A DNA stretch of 64,000 bases from an uncultured virus (IMG/VR IMGVR_UViG_3300030104_006454) (lineage: Duplodnaviria; Heunggongvirae; Uroviricota; Caudoviricetes; Crassvirales), in IMG/VR virus record IMGVR_UViG_3300030104_006454, positions 1-64,000 of that record, one strand, 5' to 3'. The notes under the pieces are model-generated. The model did not search any database. It saw nothing but the letters and a program-made list of their open reading frames with translations, and had not been told where the DNA came from. The position numbers were made by a program, and so were the translations under genes. Positions 29,883 to 40,437 of the stretch are shown here, piece by piece; position 1 is the first letter of the stretch; each line of letters opens with the position of its first letter.

Positions 29883-30557
29883 TTAGAAAGGTTTAGTTAG
29901 ATCCATTTTACCACCAGCACCAAAGTAAGAGCCAGCCGCTTGACCTACCGCGCTCATATATTGACCGGTTGCCTGTCTAGCGCCAGCTAACGATTGTCTA
30001 GCGCCTGCAACTTTTTCACCTTCAACACCTAGCAAAGTTGTTAGTTTGTCTATTTCAAATTGTCTAGCATCTTGAGCGTTTGCTAATTTAATATCTGTAA
30101 TTGCTTGATTTATTCTACCTTGTTCTTGTAGTTTTAATTCTTTAGCTCTATTTATCATTTGAGTAACAGTCATACCCATTTGCTCTGTTTGTTTATCAGC
30201 TTGAATACTTAATGCTTGAGCTAAACTAGCAGCTCCTGATGTACCACTAGCCATTTGTAAACCTTGCATAATATTAGCTTGTTGTTGTAAAAAAGCTTTA
30301 CGCTGCATTTCAAAGCCAGAAGTGTCTATCTCCATATCTTCAAATATATTTTCTTGATCTACAATACTTGGGTCAATAGGTTGGAATTCTAAATTTTCAA
30401 AATCTTGCATTCTTTTCTCATGCTTTGCTTGTGCTTCTCTCATTTCGCCCCTTGCTCTTCTTTCTGCTTTTTTCTGACTTAAATATCCAGCAACAGCAAG
30501 AGCGGCTGTTACCCACCCAAACTGTAAAGGGCTTTTTTTCTTTATTTTGTTATTCAT
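29883..30557 (-). CDS. putative internal virion (pilot/ejection) protein
   Basis: A/Q/G-rich helical protein with a hydrophobic N-terminal stretch and a Gly/Ala-rich C-terminus. Confidence 0.6.
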   Translation of the reverse strand: MNNKIKKKSPLQFGWVTAALAVAGYLSQKKAERRARGEMREAQAKHEKRMQDFENLEFQPIDPSIVDQENIFEDMEIDTSGFEMQRKAFLQQQANIMQGLQMASGTSGAASLAQALSIQADKQTEQMGMTVTQMINRAKELKLQEQGRINQAITDIKLANAQDARQFEIDKLTTLLGVEGEKVAGARQSLAGARQATGQYMSAVGQAAGSYFGAGGKMDLTKPF

Positions 30558-30584
30558 ATCTATTATAGTTACATTTTTTGTACA

Positions 30585-30914
30585 TTATTTACTACTTTCA
30601 ATTACTTCAGAGCCCAATGTAAACAACTCTGCTTTATCTCTTGAATTATTTGTTAATTTAACTTCAGCATAATAACCAAGCAAACTACTATTATTTACTG
30701 ATGTATTTTTAGAAAACATTATAAAATCATTTACATTTGGACTTGATAAAGGCGTTGTTATTTCAATTGCATCAGCTTCTATATTTGTTATTTCACCTAT
30801 TTTGGTAAATCCATTGCCAAACCCGTTAGCATCTATAACTGAATGATATGCTATATCGCCAATTTGTAAGGAACTGTTGTCTATATTGTTATTTAACTTT
30901 ATTTTTAATGCCAT
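30585..30914 (-). CDS. putative tail protein
   Basis: SLQIGDIAY...SSLLGYYAEVKLTN...ELFTLGSEV; located in the tail block. Confidence 0.55.
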   Translation of the reverse strand: MALKIKLNNNIDNSSLQIGDIAYHSVIDANGFGNGFTKIGEITNIEADAIEITTPLSSPNVNDFIMFSKNTSVNNSSLLGYYAEVKLTNNSRDKAELFTLGSEVIESSK

Positions 30915-30919
30915 ATTTT

Positions 30920-32170
30920 TTATTCGTCAGCTGTACCAGCAGTTATAATTTTTAATGTATCTAACACTACTTTTGTATTAGCGCTAGGATATTTTTTAAC
31001 TTTAACACTACCAGTTATATTTATTACTTGATAAGATCTTTTTACTTTTAACTTTGTTCCAACAGGTACAACGTTGGCTCTAGTTATAGTGTCACTAGCT
31101 CCAGAATAATTAATAGTAACGCTACCAGCTGTTGAACTTGGTGTTACCACAGTAATTAAATTATTGTTACCAGAGTTGTTCATGTTGAAGCCTTCTAATC
31201 TTACATGACTACCACCACCTAAACCGTAAGTTCCAGTTAATTCTAAACTAACATTTCCGTCAGATTGTGGAAACGTAGTGCTTGTTCTAACTTCTTTTTC
31301 TAAAGGCACACCCCTAGCAACAAAGTTACTAAACTCAACTTCTACATCAAAAATAGTTTTCATAAGGCTTGGTCCGTAAGCTCTAAAAACCTGTGAAGAA
31401 CCATCTGAGCCAGAAAGCGCAGCGCTAAGAGTTATTACATTACCAGAAACAGCGGTTACAAAAACATCAGAAGCAGCGTATACTAGCTGCATACCAGGAA
31501 CTATATTTGTTGTACTAGCTAAAGTCCAAGTGGCAGTGCTACTGTGAACTCCATCAAGGGTAGTAGCTTGTTGAACATACCAATAGTTGCTCGGAATTGT
31601 AAAACTATCATTTGTTGCCGTTGTTGGTAATCTTAAGCCAAAACCTTTAGTGTCACTACTTGTGTTTGTAAATGTCCAGTCTACAGCTGAAGTTTTAGCA
31701 ATACCAGATGCTGCTGTTGATCCAACGCTTGATACTGGCGAGGGAAGACTTACTAAGTTGTCATCTATAGTTGAACTGTCTGGTACTTGAACACTAAGTG
31801 TTGTTTGACCAACCTGTGTTATTTCTTTTGAATCAACAAAACTTTCATTGCTAAACTTTGTGGTCTCGTTTTTAGCAATTGTTTTTATGCTATACACATC
31901 TCCATTAGCATCAGCTGGAAAATTAATAACTTGAACAAATGTATCTTGAAGTATAGTGCCGTGTAAAGCATTTTCTGATGTGAAGCTATTTGTAAAAGAT
32001 TTTGATTTAAAATTATAATAACTTTCTTTGCTAGTACCGTTTATTTTAATAATATTTATCATAAACTCAGCGCCTGCTTCACCTATTATAGTTAACTGTC
32101 TACTTTGAGCACTAGAACTCATAGTGCTTTGATTTATTTGAACTCTTGATATAATTTTTTTGTTTATCAT
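30920..32170 (-). CDS. putative tail structural protein
   Basis: S/T-rich beta protein coupled to the muzzle gene. Confidence 0.55.
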   Translation of the reverse strand: MINKKIISRVQINQSTMSSSAQSRQLTIIGEAGAEFMINIIKINGTSKESYYNFKSKSFTNSFTSENALHGTILQDTFVQVINFPADANGDVYSIKTIAKNETTKFSNESFVDSKEITQVGQTTLSVQVPDSSTIDDNLVSLPSPVSSVGSTAASGIAKTSAVDWTFTNTSSDTKGFGLRLPTTATNDSFTIPSNYWYVQQATTLDGVHSSTATWTLASTTNIVPGMQLVYAASDVFVTAVSGNVITLSAALSGSDGSSQVFRAYGPSLMKTIFDVEVEFSNFVARGVPLEKEVRTSTTFPQSDGNVSLELTGTYGLGGGSHVRLEGFNMNNSGNNNLITVVTPSSTAGSVTINYSGASDTITRANVVPVGTKLKVKRSYQVINITGSVKVKKYPSANTKVVLDTLKIITAGTADE

Positions 32171-35100
32171 GGTGTAATTGTTATTATTTCTTTAGCAGTT
32201 CCTAATCCTTGAAAACTTGAATCAGCTGTATTAATTGTTTGGTCACCTTTTATATAATTAAACCACTTACCTTCTTTTTCAATAAACTCAATAACATTAC
32301 CCTCTTGTTTGTCTGTTTTTATATACTCTACGCTCCAACCATCTTTATCTGTACTATTATAAGTTTTTAAAGTGTTGTAATAATTACCCTTTTCTAAAAC
32401 ATTAGGATCACCAGCTTGTACTTTAGACTGACTACCCTCGTAATTTAAAGTGTTAAAAGATTTTACTACAGAAGGGCTTTCATTTAAAATAGCAGTTATT
32501 GTTGAAGGATAAGGTACGCCATAAAAAATATTTCTATTTGTATCAATATCATTTACTAATATTTTTTCATTATGTTTAAACATACCACCGTTTTTAAACG
32601 TGTAATAATTACCCATTAAACTTGTGCTTTGTTCTGGTATAAATGATTTAAAACTTGTCCAACCTCTAACGCTTTCGTCAAATGAAACTGTTTTTTCATC
32701 AATAAGCTCGTATTCTTTTCTAAATAAAATATTATCAATTGTACCATTAGTATTATCAGTATCTACTAAAATAACAAATGTTTCAAGTAGCTCTCCTGCA
32801 GCATGACTATCATCACCTACTGTGTGCAAAACATCGTACGTGTCAATACCAGTAATTGCTGATTGAAATCTAAAGCCTTCACCTAAATTGTTAAAGTAAT
32901 AACCACTTATTGATCCAGTTGTAATAACGTGATGAAACTTAACTCTAAAAGTATCATTTATACTTGGTTCAATATTTAATTGTTGACTTATTTGAACTGG
33001 ACCGTTATCACCCGTTATCGGCGCGTTAATAAACTCTATATTTTCATTTGTAGAGTCAAAAGTTATATAATCATTAACATTAGGATCAAATCCAGAAATA
33101 ATAAAATTACCAACAGATCCTGGTGTAAAATAAGTTGTAATATCTTTTAAAGATATATTGTTAATAGCACCTATAAAACCAGCGCCATCTCCAAAAATTA
33201 TACGATTTTGTTGGTTTGTTCCTATGTTAACAACATCTTGTGTATCATGACCACTGTCAACACCGTCAATATAAACATCATAACTACCACTATCCATATT
33301 AAACTCAATTTTATAACTACCATCTTGATCAATAACGTTGTCTCCCCATTGCCCAACGTTAGCATGATTATTATTATCTACACCATCACCTATAACTCTA
33401 AAACTACCAGCTCCTTCAACATAATTTGTTACGTTAAAAGTAAGTTCGTAGCCATCGTTTGTTGGAATTAAACCATTTATTGGTTGGTGAGCTTGAAGAT
33501 AAAATTGTGTTCCGTTTGATGTTGAGTTATTAAATTCAATACCATTAGAGCTTGGAAATATAAGTGGAATGTCAAATGAAGTGGTAGGATTAGGGTTGTT
33601 AGATGAACCATGATTAAAAATCCAATGAGTAGCGGTGCCACCAGACCATGTTTCACTAACATCTAACATATTTATAGAATGTATAGTTGCAACTAAGTTT
33701 GCAGGTATATTTATAGCTAGTTCAGAGTTAGCGTTATCCCCTTGAAATATACATCTATAAGCACCGTGAAGAACTCCTGAAAAATCAAATTTTACTTGTT
33801 GTTCTACAAAATTAAAGTTAGTAGGTACACCACTTACATTATGTGAAATAAAAGGAACGTCGCCAGTTGGTGTGCCCTGTCTAAGTGTTAAATCTACAAC
33901 GTAATAGTTGCCTGTAACAAAAGTACTAGCTTGTTTTATCTGTATAACATTACCACCACTACCGGTAACTTCGATAACGTCATTTGTACCAATAACACCA
34001 TCGCTATAATCTTGGTAATTAACAGTTCCATTGCTAACACCTCCATCTGGAGACTCTAACCAAGTTACAACATTACCATCATCTTGTATGCCAGAATTTT
34101 GTATAGCTATATAGTTAACACCATACAAAGCTAAACTTTCTGTTGCAAACCCATCTTCTGGAAGTGAAAAGCCATTTACACTAAAATCCCAGTTATAATA
34201 ACCTGTGTTAGGCCCTAATCTTTTAACTTCTGCCCAAGCAGGTATAGCTACTGGTGGCATTGCATCTCCATTTTGAGTTGTTATAGTTTGAAAAGTGTCA
34301 ACGTCACTCATTTGTAAAGTTTTCTTTATATTTAAACTACTTATAGCACCAAAAGCAGGTTTACTAGCAACACCATTTTCATCAAAAAAACGAATACCTA
34401 CTTGTAAATCTTGAACTACAATTTGCTCAGTATTATCAGCATCGTTATTACCAGTGCCAGTATCATTTGTAAATTTAAAGAATATGTTATGTAGCACGTT
34501 ACCAGTGCTTGTTAAAGTTCCAAAATCAGCACCTGACGTAGAATGAAAACCAAGCTTGTAATTATTTTGTGGCATTGGATCTGATTGTGTAGATCCAAAA
34601 TCACCACTAGTGTTAGGTGGTGGGTTACTACCATCAAATATAACTTCATCGCTTAGTACAACGCCACCGCTTCCTGGAACACCATCGAAAAGTTGTAAAG
34701 TTATATACCTGTGATGATCTGCAGTTGTTCCACTTCCTTGCTCGCCTTGAGTTCCATCATCATTTACTTGGTTATAATTACGAGCAAAAAATTGAATTCG
34801 TACTTCTTCTCCATTAAATATAGTGTTTGGCGCAGCATTAGGATATTTATCTAGTACAAGCGTCGGGGTGATAACATTATTAGAATTTACTTTTACACCA
34901 GGAAAAATAGCTAATGCTCCTTGAGTACCATCCCAACAAAGACCTCTACCATGACCGAGGGAATTATTATCTGTAAAAAACCAAGGATTAGCTGTAGTAC
35001 CACTACCTAAAACTGGAGAAACATAACCCCCAGTGCTATCAGCATATGTATGTGAATAAACAGTACTATAATGATCTTTGTCTGGATTCCAAATAATATC

Positions 35101-38100
35101 TCTACTAACTCCAGCTCTAGCTGGGGATGGAAATGCACCATACCATTGTGAACTGTTAGAACGAGGAAAAGTCATGGTGCTAGGGTCCCAATCAGGATAA
35201 AAATCAACAGTACCAGCCTCACTATCTGTAACAAAGTCTGAAGCAATATTTTTTTTGATCTGCCATGCTTTATCAGGGTCAGGAGTGGTAGCACCACCAA
35301 AATGACCTAAAGGGCCAAAAACAGGAGAAGAAGCTGCGTTAATAAAGTTCCAACTAGCAAGGCTATTAGGGTCCTGGTCTTGAACAAAACTAGTGCTAGT
35401 AAGTTGTTGAGTTGTTATTGTTTCTGTTTCATCTTCTAAACTACCAGCAGGTATTGCATCGTGATTTATAATTTCTATCCAAAAATTTAATACTCTATTG
35501 TTTGTTAAATTATTAGCTATATCAATAGTTGGGTATGTTACGTTTACAATGCTAGATAATGGATCACCATCAGTTACAAGTTGTGGATTTGCAGAAGGCC
35601 CTGTCGTATCTTCTCCTTCTTGTAAATAACTATTAACTATAAAGTTTTCTGAAGGTCTTTGAGTACTAAGCGTTATGTTGTAATTTTTACTATGAGCATC
35701 AAAACCACCAGTTATTTCTCCAGCTGTTTTTAAATTGTCTCTAAAAAAATCATCCATACCAGCGTCTGATATAGGTGTTAAACCGTCCATAGATAATCTA
35801 AGCACAGCACCTCTTTGTTTGTCAGCAAAGTAAGCTCTATATGATTCTTTTGCAAAAGACTCTGGATTTTTAGATATACCAAAATCTCCAACAAAAGGAG
35901 TTGCATCACCCAAAACGTTGTTAGAAGAAACTAACTGTACATTACCATCGGCATTATATAAAGCGTCTTTATTAGAAATTATACTTACAACTCTATCTTC
36001 ACAAAAAGAAACTAAACTTATTCTTCTTTGAAACAGTTTTTGTATACTACCATAAGTTGGATTTAAGTCTTTAGTAATTTTATCAGCCATTATAAACTGA
36101 TTTAAATTATTAATACCAGTGTTTGAATTATAAATACCTGAAAATATTAATCCATTTTTTCTATTTTCCTCTTTGTATTCTTGATCTAAACTTATAGATG
36201 CTTTTACTCCATTAGCTATTTGAGGTTTATTAAAATCATCTCTAATTCTATTTGACTCTATACCGTTCCCAAAAGTAAAACAATTAGACCAGCCTAAACC
36301 AACCTCGTTGTTTGTAACTAGTTTTATTTTAAAAGCTTTTCTATCGTTGTTATAAATAGTACCAGTTTCTTCGTCTTCTATTTGCGCATCAAAATAACTC
36401 CCATCTTTTTTAGTAAATCTTATAACAACATTGTTATAGTTTAAATTTAAAGGTGTACTTTGTAAATCATTACCTTGAAAACCGTTGTTGAGTAAAATAT
36501 TATTTGTAATTGTTGAATAACCCCATTGTTGTAAAGTGTTTTCAACATTTAAATCTATAGGAAATTCAACATAAGCGCTTCCATCAAATACTGTTGGATT
36601 TGATAAAAGACTTACTTTACAGCCAATAGGTGCTATAAGTTCCCTAGTTTTTTCAGTTAGTTTAGTAGGATATGCAGAACTTGCTTCATAATAAATATCT
36701 AAATCAAAATTTTCTTTTGGCTCTGTTTCCCATATAGCTGGTTGTGACACTATTTGACTTAATAATACATTTTGATTATTTGACATAAACTGAAAGTCAA
36801 GTTGAGAGTCTACGTCAAGATTGTCAGTGGCAGTTATGTCAATAGCGTCTGTAGATACAGGATCTTTATTTACTTCAAATATATAACAAATTCTTCTATT
36901 GTTAGCTTTTCCAAAATTAACTATAGCGTTTCTTGCATTAGTAAAATTGTTAGAAGTTTTATCCTCTGCCCATGTTAAAACTTTTTCATCAACACTATCT
37001 CCACCGTAAACTATATCAGTACCATTGTATTCCCATCTAGCAACCCAAGGAGTGTGGTTATACAAGTGTTTTTTAATTGGTTCTGTTAGTATTGTAAATA
37101 CAGTATCATCGTCACTAGAAAACTTAAATTTTTGACCAACAGTTAAATTTTGTAAAAACTTAGCTATTTTACCATCAGGATCTTTAGACGCTGGCCAAGA
37201 AGGGTTCCATTGGTTTTCGTGGCGATCTTGATAGTTAGAATCATACCCTTGCCCAACACCACTTTCTGGAGGAAACGGCAAGGCAACGTTACCGTCGTCA
37301 TAATTACCTTCCATTTCAACCGTAGTAGGCGGAGTGGCATGTGGATTATTAAAAACACCACCACCCCAAATACCTTGTAAATGATTTGCAAAACTATCTT
37401 TTCCAAATTGAGTTGTAGTGTTGTAAGCTGGAAGTCCTGTTGAGTCCCAATCACCATCGTGTAAATCTTCTCCAGGACCTAAAAATGATAAATGAACATA
37501 AAATTTTCCACTTTCATTACCATAAGTTGTTTCAGGCGGGCCAGTAAAAGGTTGTTGAGAGTCATTAGAAATGTTACGCCATTTTTTTCTTCCTCCATTG
37601 TTCTCTGTAGTAGTACCATTAACCCCAAGTTGACCTGCTACAATAATACCAGTATGTGTAGGTGTTGTTGTTAAAAATCCTTCTAAACCGTTTATGTGGT
37701 AGTTATTGTAAAAATTTTGAATACCACTAGATTTTAAATAAGTATTATATGATGGTCCTGTACTTAGTTGATCTCTCCAAGGTCTTGGACTATAAGAACC
37801 AACTTGCAAAAGCATAAATTGAGAAGTTGGTGACCATGTTTCAGCACCCCAACCATACACACCAGTTCCTTCGTATTGATTTGTTGTTGGATTTAACGTT
37901 TTTTCCTCAATCCACAAAGGTGCTTTTGACATAGAGTTAGCTGACCAACGTGTACCTATCCAAATTTCCCCTGAGGTTTTAGCCAAACTATTATTTGGTG
38001 GATTTATTTGGCCACTAGCCATATACATATTATCAATAAAAAATCCTCTTTTAGTTTCACTGTTTAAGTCTTCAGCAAGCGTTTGCCAATCGCTTTCAGT

Positions 38101-40434
38101 TTTTGTTAATGGGTTTGAGGCTGGAGTACTATGACCGGCCGCGTCATGTGCATATTGAGTAGATTCAGGAGCAGGAGTACCAGGTGTTATATTAACTAAA
38201 CCACTATTTCCCTCGTTACCATTAGTTGCTTCTTCATTGTAAAACCAATTTATTTTTGCTTCATTTGAAATTACATAATTTTCTAAAAGATCTTCGTCTG
38301 AAACTTCTGGAGCTACAGCCCCTGAAGAAACTATTTGCGCAAAAAACTTTCCAGAAAACTCATCTAATTTTTTTTCTTCTCTTCTTTCACATCTAAACAC
38401 TAAGTCATCAGATAAGTTTACTCCCGTAGCGGTTCCTAATGCTATAGCAGCATCTTCTGTTGTTATACCTTTGCTTAGTGTACACATATAAAAAGGATCA
38501 AAAAATACTATTGAAACTACTTTATATTTTTCTGAGTGTCGATCTGGCGTTGACCAAGACATGTATATATTTTCTACATACATCTCTTCATTATTGCCTC
38601 CTTGAGTTAATGATCCCCCAACTTGATTAACCCAAGCAGATCTTCGAATGTGAATAATAGTATTACCAGCTCCTGTTATTTGATTTTCAGGATCACCATT
38701 CATTAAACCATCTGTTGTGCCTCCATGTAAAAAATCACCAGGATTACTGCCATCAGTAGTTTGCGTTGCACTACCTAAATTTAAGTATTCAAACTTTATA
38801 GCATCTGGCGCTTCATTTTGTACGTCTAATACTTTAAATTTATTTTTAAGTTGAATTTGACCTTCTGTTCCACCAATTTTCTTTTTTAATATTAAGAAAG
38901 ATTCTTCTGTAATTTTATTTCTATCCGAAGAAGGAAACGCAAGCCAAAGCTTGTCTTTTTTGTCATCAAAAACATTAATATCTTTTTGAGCATAAGCCTT
39001 GCTCATTAACAAGTTATAATATTCTCCAGACGTTTCTTTCACATACACTTTGTAATATTCTGCCCAAGAAGGATATTTAGAGTCTATAGTAAGATTAAGA
39101 CCTAAAGACTTACTTGCTAATAAACCAAAATTACTATCGTACCAGCCAACGTTTACCCCACCTTCATCATTAACAAAAACAGGTGTTTCTCTACCGTACT
39201 TATCACCCCAAACTAAACCTAGTTGATATTTTCTTTGTGATTTTATAGAAGGCACGCCGGTCAAGCCTATATCTTTATCGTGATCTTTTAAATTATAACC
39301 AGCTGTTATTTTGTTTAGAATTTTAGATCCGTCTCCTGCTATTAAATCATAATTTTGAGTGTAGTTACCATAAACAATTCTATTACCAGTAACTTCTTGC
39401 GCTAAAGCTTTTTTAGGTACGTTGTCCCAAGGTCTTAATAATTGATTTTCTGGAAGAGCAGCAAATATGCTTTCTGATGTTATAGTGTAAGAGTTGCTAG
39501 TCCACTCTGGATCGTTATTATTTATTTTTTTAATAGAAAAAACAACTGTAGAACCGTCTTCTTTGTACAGTATTTCAACTTGAACAACATCATTTGGTAA
39601 ATCATCACTTTTAAACCCAGATATTTCTATAGACTCTATACTGTTAACCATAGCTGTGTTATAACCTTCTTTATCAGAATAAGCGTTAGAATCAGAATAG
39701 TCCTCTGTATATATAGGGTTAAATACAACGTTTGTGAAAGGACCAAAAGTAGAATACTCTCCATCTTTGTATTTATATCTAAAAGAAAATCTTGGAAAAA
39801 CTTTTTCAAACAATGGATCTTTGTTTGTAGAGGTAGGTTCGTTTATATTTATAATAGGTTGAGATTTTGGACTTTTTCTTATAACAGTTATGTTATCTTC
39901 GTGTAAGTCTCCTTGGCTAACACCATCAATATAGAGATTTGTGTGGGCATTTAATCCTAAGGACTGGTCAGTTCCTTCTATACAAGATGGTATATGTATT
40001 TTTTTTGGTTCTGAATTATTGTCTGTCCAAAAAAGAAAATCATCAATAATATTTATACCAGTTATTATTTTGTTAGTAAATTTTAAAGTATTGTCGTATA
40101 TATCTACTACAACGTATTTTGTAATATTAGTGCGAGCACTATGTTGTAATATAGCGTGAATATTATCATTTTCTTGAGGATCTTTACGTGTTACAAACCA
40201 ATAAATGTTATCGTTTTTATCATCTGTAATAGTTGCTATACACACATAGTCTGTCGGCACATGACTATCAACTCTAATATTTCCTAAAATATTTTGCACT
40301 ACTCCAACACTAGCGTCATCTGAAGAGGTTACCTTAACGTTTAAAGCCTCTCTATATTCTCCATTAGGAATTATTCTTTCATCAAGGTCTTTATTCATTT
40401 TACCTTGAGTGAAAGTGTTTTTAATCTCTGGCAT
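32167..40434 (-). CDS. tail muzzle/stabilization protein (crAss-muzzle / P22 gp10-like) with large insertions
   Basis: N-terminal FTQGKMNKDLDERIIPNGEYREALN, GDFGISKNPESF...YFADKQRGAVLRLSMDGLTPISD, and C-terminal EKEGKWFNYIKG. Confidence 0.75.
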   Translation of the reverse strand: MPEIKNTFTQGKMNKDLDERIIPNGEYREALNVKVTSSDDASVGVVQNILGNIRVDSHVPTDYVCIATITDDKNDNIYWFVTRKDPQENDNIHAILQHSARTNITKYVVVDIYDNTLKFTNKIITGINIIDDFLFWTDNNSEPKKIHIPSCIEGTDQSLGLNAHTNLYIDGVSQGDLHEDNITVIRKSPKSQPIININEPTSTNKDPLFEKVFPRFSFRYKYKDGEYSTFGPFTNVVFNPIYTEDYSDSNAYSDKEGYNTAMVNSIESIEISGFKSDDLPNDVVQVEILYKEDGSTVVFSIKKINNNDPEWTSNSYTITSESIFAALPENQLLRPWDNVPKKALAQEVTGNRIVYGNYTQNYDLIAGDGSKILNKITAGYNLKDHDKDIGLTGVPSIKSQRKYQLGLVWGDKYGRETPVFVNDEGGVNVGWYDSNFGLLASKSLGLNLTIDSKYPSWAEYYKVYVKETSGEYYNLLMSKAYAQKDINVFDDKKDKLWLAFPSSDRNKITEESFLILKKKIGGTEGQIQLKNKFKVLDVQNEAPDAIKFEYLNLGSATQTTDGSNPGDFLHGGTTDGLMNGDPENQITGAGNTIIHIRRSAWVNQVGGSLTQGGNNEEMYVENIYMSWSTPDRHSEKYKVVSIVFFDPFYMCTLSKGITTEDAAIALGTATGVNLSDDLVFRCERREEKKLDEFSGKFFAQIVSSGAVAPEVSDEDLLENYVISNEAKINWFYNEEATNGNEGNSGLVNITPGTPAPESTQYAHDAAGHSTPASNPLTKTESDWQTLAEDLNSETKRGFFIDNMYMASGQINPPNNSLAKTSGEIWIGTRWSANSMSKAPLWIEEKTLNPTTNQYEGTGVYGWGAETWSPTSQFMLLQVGSYSPRPWRDQLSTGPSYNTYLKSSGIQNFYNNYHINGLEGFLTTTPTHTGIIVAGQLGVNGTTTENNGGRKKWRNISNDSQQPFTGPPETTYGNESGKFYVHLSFLGPGEDLHDGDWDSTGLPAYNTTTQFGKDSFANHLQGIWGGGVFNNPHATPPTTVEMEGNYDDGNVALPFPPESGVGQGYDSNYQDRHENQWNPSWPASKDPDGKIAKFLQNLTVGQKFKFSSDDDTVFTILTEPIKKHLYNHTPWVARWEYNGTDIVYGGDSVDEKVLTWAEDKTSNNFTNARNAIVNFGKANNRRICYIFEVNKDPVSTDAIDITATDNLDVDSQLDFQFMSNNQNVLLSQIVSQPAIWETEPKENFDLDIYYEASSAYPTKLTEKTRELIAPIGCKVSLLSNPTVFDGSAYVEFPIDLNVENTLQQWGYSTITNNILLNNGFQGNDLQSTPLNLNYNNVVIRFTKKDGSYFDAQIEDEETGTIYNNDRKAFKIKLVTNNEVGLGWSNCFTFGNGIESNRIRDDFNKPQIANGVKASISLDQEYKEENRKNGLIFSGIYNSNTGINNLNQFIMADKITKDLNPTYGSIQKLFQRRISLVSFCEDRVVSIISNKDALYNADGNVQLVSSNNVLGDATPFVGDFGISKNPESFAKESYRAYFADKQRGAVLRLSMDGLTPISDAGMDDFFRDNLKTAGEITGGFDAHSKNYNITLSTQRPSENFIVNSYLQEGEDTTGPSANPQLVTDGDPLSSIVNVTYPTIDIANNLTNNRVLNFWIEIINHDAIPAGSLEDETETITTQQLTSTSFVQDQDPNSLASWNFINAASSPVFGPLGHFGGATTPDPDKAWQIKKNIASDFVTDSEAGTVDFYPDWDPSTMTFPRSNSSQWYGAFPSPARAGVSRDIIWNPDKDHYSTVYSHTYADSTGGYVSPVLGSGTTANPWFFTDNNSLGHGRGLCWDGTQGALAIFPGVKVNSNNVITPTLVLDKYPNAAPNTIFNGEEVRIQFFARNYNQVNDDGTQGEQGSGTTADHHRYITLQLFDGVPGSGGVVLSDEVIFDGSNPPPNTSGDFGSTQSDPMPQNNYKLGFHSTSGADFGTLTSTGNVLHNIFFKFTNDTGTGNNDADNTEQIVVQDLQVGIRFFDENGVASKPAFGAISSLNIKKTLQMSDVDTFQTITTQNGDAMPPVAIPAWAEVKRLGPNTGYYNWDFSVNGFSLPEDGFATESLALYGVNYIAIQNSGIQDDGNVVTWLESPDGGVSNGTVNYQDYSDGVIGTNDVIEVTGSGGNVIQIKQASTFVTGNYYVVDLTLRQGTPTGDVPFISHNVSGVPTNFNFVEQQVKFDFSGVLHGAYRCIFQGDNANSELAINIPANLVATIHSINMLDVSETWSGGTATHWIFNHGSSNNPNPTTSFDIPLIFPSSNGIEFNNSTSNGTQFYLQAHQPINGLIPTNDGYELTFNVTNYVEGAGSFRVIGDGVDNNNHANVGQWGDNVIDQDGSYKIEFNMDSGSYDVYIDGVDSGHDTQDVVNIGTNQQNRIIFGDGAGFIGAINNISLKDITTYFTPGSVGNFIISGFDPNVNDYITFDSTNENIEFINAPITGDNGPVQISQQLNIEPSINDTFRVKFHHVITTGSISGYYFNNLGEGFRFQSAITGIDTYDVLHTVGDDSHAAGELLETFVILVDTDNTNGTIDNILFRKEYELIDEKTVSFDESVRGWTSFKSFIPEQSTSLMGNYYTFKNGGMFKHNEKILVNDIDTNRNIFYGVPYPSTITAILNESPSVVKSFNTLNYEGSQSKVQAGDPNVLEKGNYYNTLKTYNSTDKDGWSVEYIKTDKQEGNVIEFIEKEGKWFNYIKGDQTINTADSSFQGLGTAKEIITITP

Positions 40435-40437
40435 ATA

